Shown piece after piece: positions 36,308-44,807 of a stretch of DNA of 64,000 nt. The position numbers and the translations under genes are program-made. Numbering within the stretch: position 1 is the first letter of the stretch; the number at the start of each line of letters is the position of its first letter. The notes beneath the pieces are model-generated. The model was given only the letters and a program-made list of their open reading frames with translations. It searched no databases and was not told where the DNA came from. The stretch is from a virus, in IMG/VR virus record IMGVR_UViG_3300003886_000001, positions 32,001-96,000 of that record; one strand, written 5' to 3'.

Positions 36308-36458
36308 TATTATCCCTCAAGACCATGGGTTTATCGCGGTTTGCGAGGAATACCCTTCTCTATCGGCATTTGGAGCTACGGAAGCGGAGGCCCTTACCGA
36401 GCTTGAAGGGCTAGTAGAAACCGCTATTGAAATTTATGAGGAAGAAGGCTGGGAGTAA
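36297..36458 (+). CDS. orphan HicB-like antitoxin domain (53 aa)
   Basis: MQYSIIPQDHGFIAVCEEYPSLSAFGATEAEALTELEGLVETAIEIYEEEGWE; overlaps both neighbours. Confidence 0.75.
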   Translation: MQYSIIPQDHGFIAVCEEYPSLSAFGATEAEALTELEGLVETAIEIYEEEGWE

Positions 36459-37051
36459 TGGTTACTGCTATACCAAAGAAAAGGTCACTATTGAGCTTTG
36501 ACGGTAATATCCCACGAAAATGTCATGTACTCCTCGATACCCTCGCGCAGGAATTGTGGGCTACTGACGCAGTTGTTAGTGACCTTTTACTTCCTAATCT
36601 TAAATGGGAAATTGCTCCATTAACTGCGGATGGAACAAACGCACTGTTGAGGGATATTACCGAGGCGGCCCAGGAAATAGTAGACGGGGCTACCATAGAT
36701 AAAAATGAATTACATCTTACAACCTCCGCTCTTATGGCGCAAGGAGATATCCTTAATCTCTGTATTCGCACATTTGACTCCCCCTATGAAAGGGCAAAAT
36801 GGGTAACCGCCGAAAAATGGATGGCTACGACGCTAGTGGGAATGTCCAAGTATGACCGTAACGCTCTTTTACTAATTGAGGACCTTCATAACCTAAAGGG
36901 CCATACCTACAACTACCTGGTAAGCCTAGAGGAAGCTGTCTACGAGCTTGTAGCGGAGGATACCACGTTGGTAGGACTAGAAGACTATCTACAGGCACAG
37001 TATCGCAAAGCGTTGTTTTCGGACGTAGAGAGATGTCTACATGAAGCTTGA
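36458..37051 (+). CDS. paralog family member with C-terminal extension
   Basis: KWEIAPLTADGTNALL, AQEIVDG, LVGLEDYL. Confidence 0.7.
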   Translation: MVTAIPKKRSLLSFDGNIPRKCHVLLDTLAQELWATDAVVSDLLLPNLKWEIAPLTADGTNALLRDITEAAQEIVDGATIDKNELHLTTSALMAQGDILNLCIRTFDSPYERAKWVTAEKWMATTLVGMSKYDRNALLLIEDLHNLKGHTYNYLVSLEEAVYELVAEDTTLVGLEDYLQAQYRKALFSDVERCLHEA

Positions 37052-37697
37052 ATTGCTACCTGAGACATATCATTTACCGAAGAGCTATGATGACCCAGCA
37101 CAACCATATGTTCAACTGGACCTAAATTTGGGAAGATTAACAATTGTACTAAAGGACCGGCCGGATGAAAAAAGAGTGCTTCTCGGGAGTAACGCAACGG
37201 TACGTGAATGGCAAATTGCAGTGTTTTCGGTTGCGGCCGCTAATGCATTATTGAGGAAGATACAGCCATTTGCACAAGAGCTATTAAATAACATTGAGCC
37301 CAGCTACACGTTTAACGGGGCTGGGGAAAGGGCCTGGAAGAATATTGACCACCATTGCAAACTCACCTTTACGACGATGGAGGGATATGGTGTTCACCTC
37401 AACTTTCGAGTGGAAGAAGTCGGGGACTATTATCGCTACGTTATCTTGAAGAACACTGGGATTTTTACCGCTTTGGCAATTCTTGATGATGAGACTAAAA
37501 CTGACATAGTAGAGCATCATACTTTAATGTGGACGACAAGGGGGTTAAACACGGCAGAAACTAATGACCTGCTCAAGGAGTTATCAGTCTTTGCTATGAA
37601 GCTATTGACAATCGGACTTGTAGATGATACATTTGCAGAGTGGAGTTCCGAATACGCCGAGGTTATCGAAGCTGTATGTTCCGCCGCTGGACTTTAA
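37041..37697 (+). CDS. paralog family member, apparently two domain copies
   Basis: QLDLNLGRL, EWQI, LLRKIQPFAQELLN; second MWTT...LLKELSVFAMKLL. Confidence 0.7.
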   Translation: MKLELLPETYHLPKSYDDPAQPYVQLDLNLGRLTIVLKDRPDEKRVLLGSNATVREWQIAVFSVAAANALLRKIQPFAQELLNNIEPSYTFNGAGERAWKNIDHHCKLTFTTMEGYGVHLNFRVEEVGDYYRYVILKNTGIFTALAILDDETKTDIVEHHTLMWTTRGLNTAETNDLLKELSVFAMKLLTIGLVDDTFAEWSSEYAEVIEAVCSAAGL

Positions 37698-37741
37698 CAT
37701 CCCCTATGTTATAGTCCACCCATCATGTTAAAGGAGGAGAT

Positions 37742-38014
37742 ATGAAGGTTAAGGTGTTGCACGAAAGTGGCCGCGTTCTTCAACTTGACATGAGCACTGC
37801 GGAGCTTTCCATTCAAACGGGTTCCACCTTTGAGAAAAACTATACGCTCCTAGCCCGTTTGCGTTGGCCCATCACTACTACTAAGCATAGCGAATCTCTT
37901 CTCATGGAGGCTGCTGGTTTCGCACAAGTGCTCATTGATTGTCACGAGGCTGGGGATATCACACGCCAAGTGGCCTCTGACGCACGAAAAGCAATTCATG
38001 GACTTTGTAAATAA
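37742..38014 (+). CDS. LDxxTG..W..PFAQ paralog family member
   Basis: LQLDMSTAEL, RWPI, GFAQVLID. Confidence 0.7.
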   Translation: MKVKVLHESGRVLQLDMSTAELSIQTGSTFEKNYTLLARLRWPITTTKHSESLLMEAAGFAQVLIDCHEAGDITRQVASDARKAIHGLCK

Positions 38015-38042
38015 GCATATCAAGAGATTTAAAGGAGGAAAG

Positions 38043-38118
38043 ATGAAGGTTAAAGAAGAAGAGATGAAGGTTAAAGAAGAAGAGATGAAGGTTAAAGAAG
38101 AAGAGATGAAGGTTAAAG
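38043..38118 (+). repeat. 21-bp tandem repeat ATGAAGGTTAAAGAAGAAGAG x3.6
   Basis: Exact units at 38043, 38064 and 38085; partial unit at 38106. Confidence 0.95.
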
Positions 38119-38366
38119 TGGAACATGTCACATATATTTCCCTCTCACACGAAACCGGTATCCTTTGTGGGACGGATGGGTACCAGGCAACGATGTGGGG
38201 ATGGGCTACGAATACAAAGAACAGCGAGGCCTTACTTAATGCTATCTCAGGGTTTGCCCAGATTCTCTTAGATACATACAAATACGAGACGAACCCAATA
38301 ATGTTACGAGCCTATAATTTGGCGGATTCGGCGATAGAGGCACTATGTCTGGAAAAAAACACATGA
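38043..38366 (+). CDS. LDxxTG..W..PFAQ paralog family member
   Basis: ISLSHETGIL, LLNAISGFAQILLD, AIEALC. Confidence 0.7.
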   Translation: MKVKEEEMKVKEEEMKVKEEEMKVKVEHVTYISLSHETGILCGTDGYQATMWGWATNTKNSEALLNAISGFAQILLDTYKYETNPIMLRAYNLADSAIEALCLEKNT

Positions 38367-38632
38367 AGGTCAAAGTAGAAAATGAGGTTAACTTTATCTC
38401 CCTTTCGTCGGAGGATGGTCTTCTCCGTGGCGGGATGGAGTCACAGGCAAATCACTTTACGTGGGAGTGGCCTACAACTACAAAGGACGCCTACACCCTG
38501 TTTACTGTTATTAAGGGGTTTGCACAGAGTCTCTTGGACCTGGACGAGCTTGAAGATAGTGCCCTTGCAACGCTGGCTCTTGACCTGGCAGACCAGGCGA
38601 TAGAAAGACTATGTCTGGAACACAATGATTAA
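38363..38632 (+). CDS. LDxxTG..W..PFAQ paralog family member
   Basis: WEWPTT, IKGFAQSLLD, AIERLC. Confidence 0.7.
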   Translation: MKVKVENEVNFISLSSEDGLLRGGMESQANHFTWEWPTTTKDAYTLFTVIKGFAQSLLDLDELEDSALATLALDLADQAIERLCLEHND

Positions 38633-39134
38633 CGACACTTCAGCCTTCAGCGCGGCATCCTATCTAGCCTACAAAGGAGCGTACCCGCTCCTTATTGAAC
38701 CCACTGGGCGCGTGACAGCAACGGATGGCTATATGTTCTTTACCCACGAGGGGTGCCTAAGTGACTGGGATACCACGCTCCTACTAGCACCTATCAAGAG
38801 ACCCAAGATTCTCCGCTCGCAACGTGGCGTTAACCTGGAATTCCTGACGAACGGGTTTGGGTGGTCATTGACACAAAGTGGGACGATATTAAACAGTTTT
38901 AAGGTCAAGGAAAGACTACAGTTTCCAGATTATCACGTTCCCGAGCTTGATGCTACCTCTCCATTGAAGGGGGACTTCGTCCCTCTTAACGCCCGGCTAG
39001 TTGCTCCGGTACTTAACATCCTCATGTCGCCAAATGATAAAAGAGCGTTCGGGTGGTATAATGTAGACGAACTAGTGTTAAAGTGGGGTCACCCAAACTA
39101 TGACTTGTACGTAAGAAAGCTTGTCTCCGCATAA
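38625..39134 (+). CDS. hypothetical protein with beta-clamp-like ATDGY motif
   Basis: VTATDGY...FPDY; weak resemblance only. Confidence 0.5.
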   Translation: MINDTSAFSAASYLAYKGAYPLLIEPTGRVTATDGYMFFTHEGCLSDWDTTLLLAPIKRPKILRSQRGVNLEFLTNGFGWSLTQSGTILNSFKVKERLQFPDYHVPELDATSPLKGDFVPLNARLVAPVLNILMSPNDKRAFGWYNVDELVLKWGHPNYDLYVRKLVSA

Positions 39135-39487
39135 TGAATCTAGAGGACATAGACACTTTGTATATGCTGTCCGGACTCAGCGGGGGTAACAATATTTCAT
39201 ATCGAGGACGGTCAAGGGTTACGCCTACAAGAGCACCTGTGGTCTGTATTAGGCGTTGTCCGCTTTATTGATAGGGGAACCGGTCGAGAGAATGCGACGG
39301 CCTTACAGCGGCATCTGGGGGCTCTCTGGGGCCGTCGATACGAACAAGTAAAGTCAGTTTTGGGTGAAGGTGATATCCGATTACACCTGAGACCATAAAA
39401 AGGGGCTTTCTTCCGTTTCCGCGTCCCGTCACCGCGTACTCTGGTTTACTCGCCCGGTTAAACTAAGCCTAGTATAGACCATTTCCT

Positions 39488-39793
39488 CTATTTTGTCAAG
39501 TTTGGACTCCAAAGCTTCTGAGGGCCATCATAGACCTTTGCGTCACTGTCCTTCCGTGCTTCCTCTAGCCAGAGAGACGCCTTTATCTCGTCGGCAAACG
39601 GGATGATATAATTCTCCCCACGTACAAACTTCCCGTTTACTAACTTGGCGTATTTACTGTCGGGTCCACCAACGGCATCCAAAAATGCCTCATTCTCTAC
39701 CTGGTCAAAGTACAGCACCTCGATAGAGTAGGCGTCACTATCAGTCGACCTATACACCTCCGCTACAATGTTTTCTTCTTTAATCCCCCTCAT
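39488..39793 (-). CDS. hypothetical protein
   Basis: Coupled ORF. Confidence 0.55.
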   Translation of the reverse strand: MRGIKEENIVAEVYRSTDSDAYSIEVLYFDQVENEAFLDAVGGPDSKYAKLVNGKFVRGENYIIPFADEIKASLWLEEARKDSDAKVYDGPQKLWSPNLTK

Positions 39794-40077
39794 CTCTTAT
39801 GCCCTCTTTCTACGCTAGCTAGCAGCGCGTCCATGGACTGTCCGGTCTTTCCCAGGCAGTCTTTTACTACCCGGCCGTTAGCAGGGTAGACCGCAAACTC
39901 ATCGTAGGCGTGGATGATGTCCTTGGCGTATACGTCGCCCATCTCATGTTCCCACCCGAAAACATCTACGAGGACCAACTCGTCCTTGGCGCTCTTCATG
40001 GCCTTTCGTACCACGCCGGGCCAGCCGGTTATCAGGATAACAACATCGCCCTTCTGGAGCTTCTCTTTGGTATCCAT
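39790..40077 (-). CDS. hypothetical protein (leaderless)
   Basis: ATG 5 nt after TAAAAT of a TTCTCAT-N12 promoter. Confidence 0.6.
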   Translation of the reverse strand: MDTKEKLQKGDVVILITGWPGVVRKAMKSAKDELVLVDVFGWEHEMGDVYAKDIIHAYDEFAVYPANGRVVKDCLGKTGQSMDALLASVERGHKR

Positions 40078-40242
40078 ACGTTATTTTACGTCCCTTCTGT
40101 ATGAGAAGTATTATCCTTTTCAAGGCATAAGTAAATCTGTAGATGCCATGTACCAAGGATGATGCGTCTATCATGCGGGCTGGCACATAGCAGTGCTTTT
40201 CCCAGTGCTACCAGGAAGGCATCCTCAGACTTCATCATAGCC

Positions 40243-40713
40243 TCAGCTTCTGTCATTCTCCGTTACCTCAAAATCGCCCCCACAGACACTACAGCGATAG
40301 TAATTAGGGTTAGCCCAGTGTTTTCCCATCCGGTTGAAGTAAGTCCTATGCTCGGGGTTCTTTTGGCATACGGCTACGTACTTTGCCACCTTCTGCACTA
40401 CGTCCCGTGTAATCTCCTCGGGAATACAGGAAGCGGTCCTCGTCGATGCAATACCAAGTTTTCTTGCTACCTGTTGCCATTCTTTCCCATGCTCTGCATC
40501 AGTGCTGCTTAACGCATGAGCTATCTCATGGAGTATGATGTACTTTACGTGCTCTGTGGGCAAATTGGTTACCCACGGCTCCGACAAGCTGATTGTTCCC
40601 AAAAGGTAGTACCCCAGACAATGTTTCCCTTTGTTCCACGTTAAGGCTACGTCCTCTAGCCCGTTTTCGTCCATTAGCTTCCGGGCTAGTTTGGCGGCAT
40701 GGCTCTTAAGCAT
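40243..40713 (-). CDS. SprT-like zinc metalloprotease (paralog of 34224..34715)
   Basis: ILHEIAHAL, HGKEWQ, VAKYVAVC..YFNRMGK. Confidence 0.85.
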   Translation of the reverse strand: MLKSHAAKLARKLMDENGLEDVALTWNKGKHCLGYYLLGTISLSEPWVTNLPTEHVKYIILHEIAHALSSTDAEHGKEWQQVARKLGIASTRTASCIPEEITRDVVQKVAKYVAVCQKNPEHRTYFNRMGKHWANPNYYRCSVCGGDFEVTENDRS

Positions 40714-40921
40714 GGTTTAACTCTGGGAGGTTCTTGCCATGAAGGGACCACCAGTCTTGGACACAAGCGTTAACGCGGTCTTCCCATATCCGAAACACGT
40801 TAAGGATGTCCCGGTCATTATCTACCGACGCCAAAGCGTGTCCCAAGTCCCTCATGAATGTATCCTTAGAGTCGGTCATGGCAAGTAATACGTAGTAGAT
40901 GGCTACGTCCTTGGATTCCAT
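40706..40921 (-). CDS. hypothetical protein
   Basis: ORF. Confidence 0.5.
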   Translation of the reverse strand: MESKDVAIYYVLLAMTDSKDTFMRDLGHALASVDNDRDILNVFRIWEDRVNACVQDWWSLHGKNLPELNHA

Positions 40922-40938
40922 GCCATATAATACCCTGT

Positions 40939-41223
40939 TTATAAATGAGAAGGATGAGCTGATAGGTTAAAGTCCCGTAGCACACCGTCAAACTCAAACA
41001 GGTTGAAGTAGTCATCTTCCATTCTCAGAGCCGTCTTAGAGTCCACAACAGCCATCGCCTCTTTGAGGGTGGTTACCCCTGTCAGGTCCTTATCTTCCAA
41101 GCCTCTAGCCGCCCCTTTGTACACAAAGAATTCAGTATCGGAGTGATACTCTAGACGGGAGGACACGCCGGGCTCCGGATAAGCTACTTCAACTTGCATG
41201 ATTAAATCCATACTACTCTTCAC
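40939..41223 (-). CDS. hypothetical protein
   Basis: ORF. Confidence 0.5.
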   Translation of the reverse strand: MKSSMDLIMQVEVAYPEPGVSSRLEYHSDTEFFVYKGAARGLEDKDLTGVTTLKEAMAVVDSKTALRMEDDYFNLFEFDGVLRDFNLSAHPSHL

Positions 41224-41465
41224 CTTTGTAAGAACGCTCGTTCTCCACGATTAAGGCTCCCATCCTACGCAGAACTTCTTGGGGCGTGATATAAGGCTCG
41301 GGTGCCCAGTCCAGCGTGTTCTCTTCTGTGAATTCTGGGGCGTAGACCTTTGCGTATGCTTCCAGGAGACTGTCCATGTTTACCTCCGTGTCCATCCGCT
41401 GTCCTATTGTATGTGCCCTTTCAGCTCTAGACCAACACTAAGTGAGAAATATAAGAGGCAAGTGG

Positions 41466-41641
41466 CCCCCGGTGAAGCTGTAATGGGGGCCGCTGCGGAG
41501 TAGTGCCCCGGGTACCTCGGGTTGTGCCTTCCGCGTATACCTTAGGCACGTATGTAGTATAGGCTGATACTAAGTGAAGAGTATGAGGGCAGCGACCCCC
41601 CGGTGAAGCTATAATGGGTGGGGGCCGCTGCGGAGTAGTGC
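41466..41641 (-). repeat. two copies of a 41-45 bp GC-rich element (41466-41506, 41597-41641)
   Basis: CCCCCGGTGAAGCTRTAATGGG(TGG)GGGCCGCTGCGGAGTAGTGC on the + strand. Confidence 0.85.
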
Positions 41642-41722
41642 AAATACCCGGATATATCAATATGGTGGGTATTGCAGCATATCGTGTTGCCCAGGCTCTG
41701 CCTAGGTAGCTATACTATAGGC

Positions 41723-42007
41723 CTAGACAGAATGAGAAGTATTAAAGTCACAGAGGTTGCTAATAGCTTGGCTAGCTTCTTCCCTCATCTGGTATTCCAC
41801 AGTGCCCTTTGGGTGGTAGTAGTAGTCCAGGAGAATTTGGGCAAATGGAAGAATAGCCCCCAGTATGGCCAGGTCGTCCGTATCGCGCATAATTGCCCAT
41901 CCTACGGTGTTGCCTGCTGGTATCGTGCGATTGATACACAAGTCGCCCGTTTCCAAATTAAGGCATATACTCCGAGACTCCATGGACGGGGTTATTTTAA
42001 CTTCCAT
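41723..42007 (-). CDS. LDxxTG..W..PFAQ paralog family member
   Basis: ICLNLETGDL, GWAI, ILPFAQILLD, AISNLC. Confidence 0.75.
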   Translation of the reverse strand: MEVKITPSMESRSICLNLETGDLCINRTIPAGNTVGWAIMRDTDDLAILGAILPFAQILLDYYYHPKGTVEYQMREEASQAISNLCDFNTSHSV

Positions 42008-42133
42008 AGTCTTCCTTTCTCAAAATGAGACACAGCACCCACGTTAGGCGCTGTGCTCTACGGCATCCCCCCGTCGTGCTCTTATCCTATAGTGGGACCC
42101 GCACTGTCTAGGCGTACGTCCTAGGTAGCTATA

Positions 42134-42421
42134 CTATAGGCCGAGTGCGCATGAGAATGATGAGTCGCAGAGGTGGATAATTGCCCGGCTAGCGCCCATG
42201 TATGCCTGATACGCCAAGCCGTCTCTTGGAACCTCAAGGCAGTCCAGGACAATCTTGGCAAACGGGGCAACGAGGCGGAGTAGCTCGTCGGTGTCCGTAG
42301 TTGCACTGATTGACCACCCGGTGACGTGCTTGCCCCGCACCGTGTAGTCCACGTACAAGTCTCCTGTCTTATGGTCCAGGCACAGCTTGTCGCCCTTTGA
42401 CGAGATTACTTTAACGTCCAC
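42134..42421 (-). CDS. LDxxTG..W..PFAQ paralog family member
   Basis: LCLDHKTGDL, GWSI, VAPFAKIVLD, AIIHLC. Confidence 0.75.
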   Translation of the reverse strand: MDVKVISSKGDKLCLDHKTGDLYVDYTVRGKHVTGWSISATTDTDELLRLVAPFAKIVLDCLEVPRDGLAYQAYMGASRAIIHLCDSSFSCALGL

Positions 42422-42424
42422 GCG

Positions 42425-42721
42425 TCACTCCCTTTCCGTGCAAAGATTACTAATTGCCTCAACCGCTACCTCGTAGACATTTAACTTCACGTTGTCTGGT
42501 AAGGGGTTATGGAGGTTATCGTCGTAGTCTAGTATAATTTGGGCGAAGGGCTCGGCGGCCTTCATAGTCTCGTGAGCATCACGGTTTAACGGAAGATACC
42601 ACATAATAACGTCGGCCGACTCCGGCACTTCCGGCGCTACCGGGGCCGCTTGTAGAGTGCCCGTTATGAGGTCCAGCCAGAGAACGTGCGGCTTAGCGGG
42701 TGGCACTACTTTGAGTTTCAT
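42425..42721 (-). CDS. LDxxTG..W..PFAQ paralog family member
   Basis: LWLDLITGTL, MWYL, AEPFAQIILD, AISNLC. Confidence 0.75.
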   Translation of the reverse strand: MKLKVVPPAKPHVLWLDLITGTLQAAPVAPEVPESADVIMWYLPLNRDAHETMKAAEPFAQIILDYDDNLHNPLPDNVKLNVYEVAVEAISNLCTERE

Positions 42722-42874
42722 AGCTAGAGTATAGGATAAGGACCTGTGAGAAACATTAGGACCAAAGACGCCCCCTCTGCTTAGAAGGGGCGCTTATGAA
42801 TGAGCGTCCAGCTTGTGTGTTTATTCGGAAGCTCCCCTTATACTACATCTTCCCCAGGTTAGAAAGATGAACAC

Positions 42875-42904
42875 TTGACAGGCCGCCACTTAGTGGACTA
42901 TACT
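42875..42904 (+). promoter_or_regulatory. sigma70-type promoter (leaderless)
   Basis: TTGACA-18-TATACT, ATG at 42910. Confidence 0.7.
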
Positions 42905-43148
42905 TGAGCATGCTTATGGTCATAGTAACCCTGATAGCCGGCGTGGCATTCATCATCGTATCATACTTTCTAGGGAGCCAGGATGGCGAAAACGCCGAAG
43001 ATAATTAGGCGAGAATCCTACCCGTACGGTTACCTGGACCTGTGCGAGGACAGAATACTTGTCCATCCCGCTAGCTACGCTACGATAGCCCAGAGGGACA
43101 GCCTCATGCAAGACGCTCTACTGTACGCGGCTAACGCTAGCAAGCCCG

Positions 43149-43337
43149 TTAAGGTGCTTCCAGGCTAACGCTAGCAAAGGCTTCCTGGGGACTCATACCT
43201 TTCAGGAAGCAGTCCTTCACTTCCTGTTCGTGCTGCTTGTACCAACTACTCCATACGGTGCGTGTAACGGTCCCTACGCGGTCTTGCAGCGTATGGACGA
43301 CTGTCACAAAGCCTCTGAATTCTCGTGTAGTAAACAT
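43149..43337 (-). CDS. hypothetical protein
   Basis: AGGAG RBS. Confidence 0.5.
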   Translation of the reverse strand: MFTTREFRGFVTVVHTLQDRVGTVTRTVWSSWYKQHEQEVKDCFLKGMSPQEAFASVSLEAP

Positions 43338-43501
43338 GCTCCTACCTCATCTCCTGTAGCTTTGTCGACAGGAGATGGATTCTCTCCCGTCGCGCTTGGA
43401 TGCTTTTCTTCAACTGAGGCGACCTTACCCTTCTCTGCTTGCCTTGCCAGTACAGGTCAGCGTCAAGCAGGAAAATTCTCAGGCTATCCGCAGTCTCTTT
43501 A

Positions 43502-43759
43502 TCAATCATAAACAACAGGACCCTTTCCTTCTTCTTTCCGCAGCGTGTTGTACTCCGTTATAGTGATGAACACGTCTGGGAGATAAATTGTGGTACCAAG
43601 TCGGGGGTCCTCAGGAAGTGCATCCCAACCTCGATACCCTTCATCGTAGTAGGAGACTTCGGCACTAGTAGTACCGAGGACTACCACTTGATAGACTGTC
43701 CGAGGGTTGCCTTGGGCGTTATGTGTTGCGCAGAACCTCTGGACTGTTCTGGTAGGCAT
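43502..43759 (-). CDS. hypothetical protein
   Basis: AAGGAG RBS, after a TTCTCAT-N12 promoter. Confidence 0.6.
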   Translation of the reverse strand: MPTRTVQRFCATHNAQGNPRTVYQVVVLGTTSAEVSYYDEGYRGWDALPEDPRLGTTIYLPDVFITITEYNTLRKEEGKGPVVYD

Positions 43760-43787
43760 TGTGAGTATCTCCTTTTCTTATACTAGG

Positions 43788-44129
43788 CTAGTTTTCCATG
43801 AGAATTATGGAAAACGGCACTCGAAACACTATGATGCCATTATCCTTGAGAAGAGTTACTAGGTTAGCAGCGCCGACGGGATTCATAGAATGCACAATGA
43901 AGACTGTATCCTGTAACAGAGAAAAGTCTACTCCTCTCAGGCTGCTATAGACGTCCTCACTTCCCAGGTCATGGTCAAGGAACACGACGTCAGCCTCACC
44001 TAGCAGTCCCGTATCAAAGACGGTAGAATGCACAACGTCGCCTCTGATACCGTGACGGCGCGCCCAAGCACGAATAGTGCCTACCCGGCAAGTATCATCG
44101 TCAATAATCAAAGCCTTTGACATACTCAT
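43788..44129 (-). CDS. stand-alone receiver-fold protein (cyclic-phosphate-processing REC-like)
   Basis: LIIDDD, FLDHDLG, VHSMNPVGAANL. Confidence 0.75.
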   Translation of the reverse strand: MSMSKALIIDDDTCRVGTIRAWARRHGIRGDVVHSTVFDTGLLGEADVVFLDHDLGSEDVYSSLRGVDFSLLQDTVFIVHSMNPVGAANLVTLLKDNGIIVFRVPFSIILMEN

Positions 44130-44553
44130 AGAAGCTTGGCGTCCCTTCGGTCACAGTCTCGTTGTGGTAGTCAAGCCGAGCCTCACACTGGAAGCCGTAC
44201 AAGTCGGCGTCCCGCTCTGTTGGCAACTTACGGTAGACGGCGGCATCGTGTACAGTCTTTGCAGCGTCAAACGAGTCTCTTGCCGTTGGCATATTGAAGT
44301 GTTGCCATACGTGCCGGGCCTCGTGCGCAATGATGACAACTACGTCCCGGACGTCAGAGCATTGCAACAGGTTAAGAAACAGGTCGGCGTGTAACGTCTC
44401 GGGGGAAGGGTATGAGACTACTACCGAGGACGACACTATGGCGCCGGTTACGGACGGGTCATGGTAAGCATGGAGCGTAAACTCTACGTCCTCAAGGTGT
44501 AAGTCCGAGATGACGTCCTGGAAAATGCTGGTAGCAACTACCTTCAATTCCAT
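44101..44553 (-). CDS. putative HExxH metallopeptidase
   Basis: IIAHEARHVWQ, YRKLPTERDA. Confidence 0.7.
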   Translation of the reverse strand: MELKVVATSIFQDVISDLHLEDVEFTLHAYHDPSVTGAIVSSSVVVSYPSPETLHADLFLNLLQCSDVRDVVVIIAHEARHVWQHFNMPTARDSFDAAKTVHDAAVYRKLPTERDADLYGFQCEARLDYHNETVTEGTPSFYEYVKGFDY

Positions 44554-44591
44554 GCTTCATGGTATGCCACCTTAGCATGAGAAAGATTAGA

Positions 44592-44617
44592 ATAACCCCG
44601 CCAATTGACGGGGTTAT
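44592..44617. terminator. intrinsic terminator-like hairpin
   Basis: ATAACCCCG/CGGGGTTAT stem. Confidence 0.6.
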
Positions 44618-44623
44618 CTGGAC

Positions 44624-44806
44624 TTACCGGGTTTCCCATGACATGGCGGAGTGTAGCATATACTCCCGTTCCGTCACTTCCAGCGGGTAGAGTGTTACTG
44701 CCTGCCGGGGAAGGTTAGGGAGGTTCCGATACACGCGGCGTTCTCCATCCTCTGTTACCACGTAGAGCGTCTTTCTTGGGGTATAAACAGCCTGGACAAT
44801 TGTCAT
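44624..44806 (-). CDS. small paralog family 2 member
   Basis: IVQ..LYVV..LP..L.PL.V.E.EY. Confidence 0.6.
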   Translation of the reverse strand: MTIVQAVYTPRKTLYVVTEDGERRVYRNLPNLPRQAVTLYPLEVTEREYMLHSAMSWETR

Positions 44807-44807
44807 G

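Noticed and set aside
41466-41641. CRISPR array
   Set aside because: Only two copies, of unequal length, with ~90-nt spacing and embedded promoters; no cas genes.
41687-41716. Antisense sigma70 promoter TTGCCC-18-TATACT on the + strand
   Set aside because: The same bases are better explained by the minus-strand TTCTCAT-N12-TATAGT promoter; the duplicate copy at 42120 has no matching -35.
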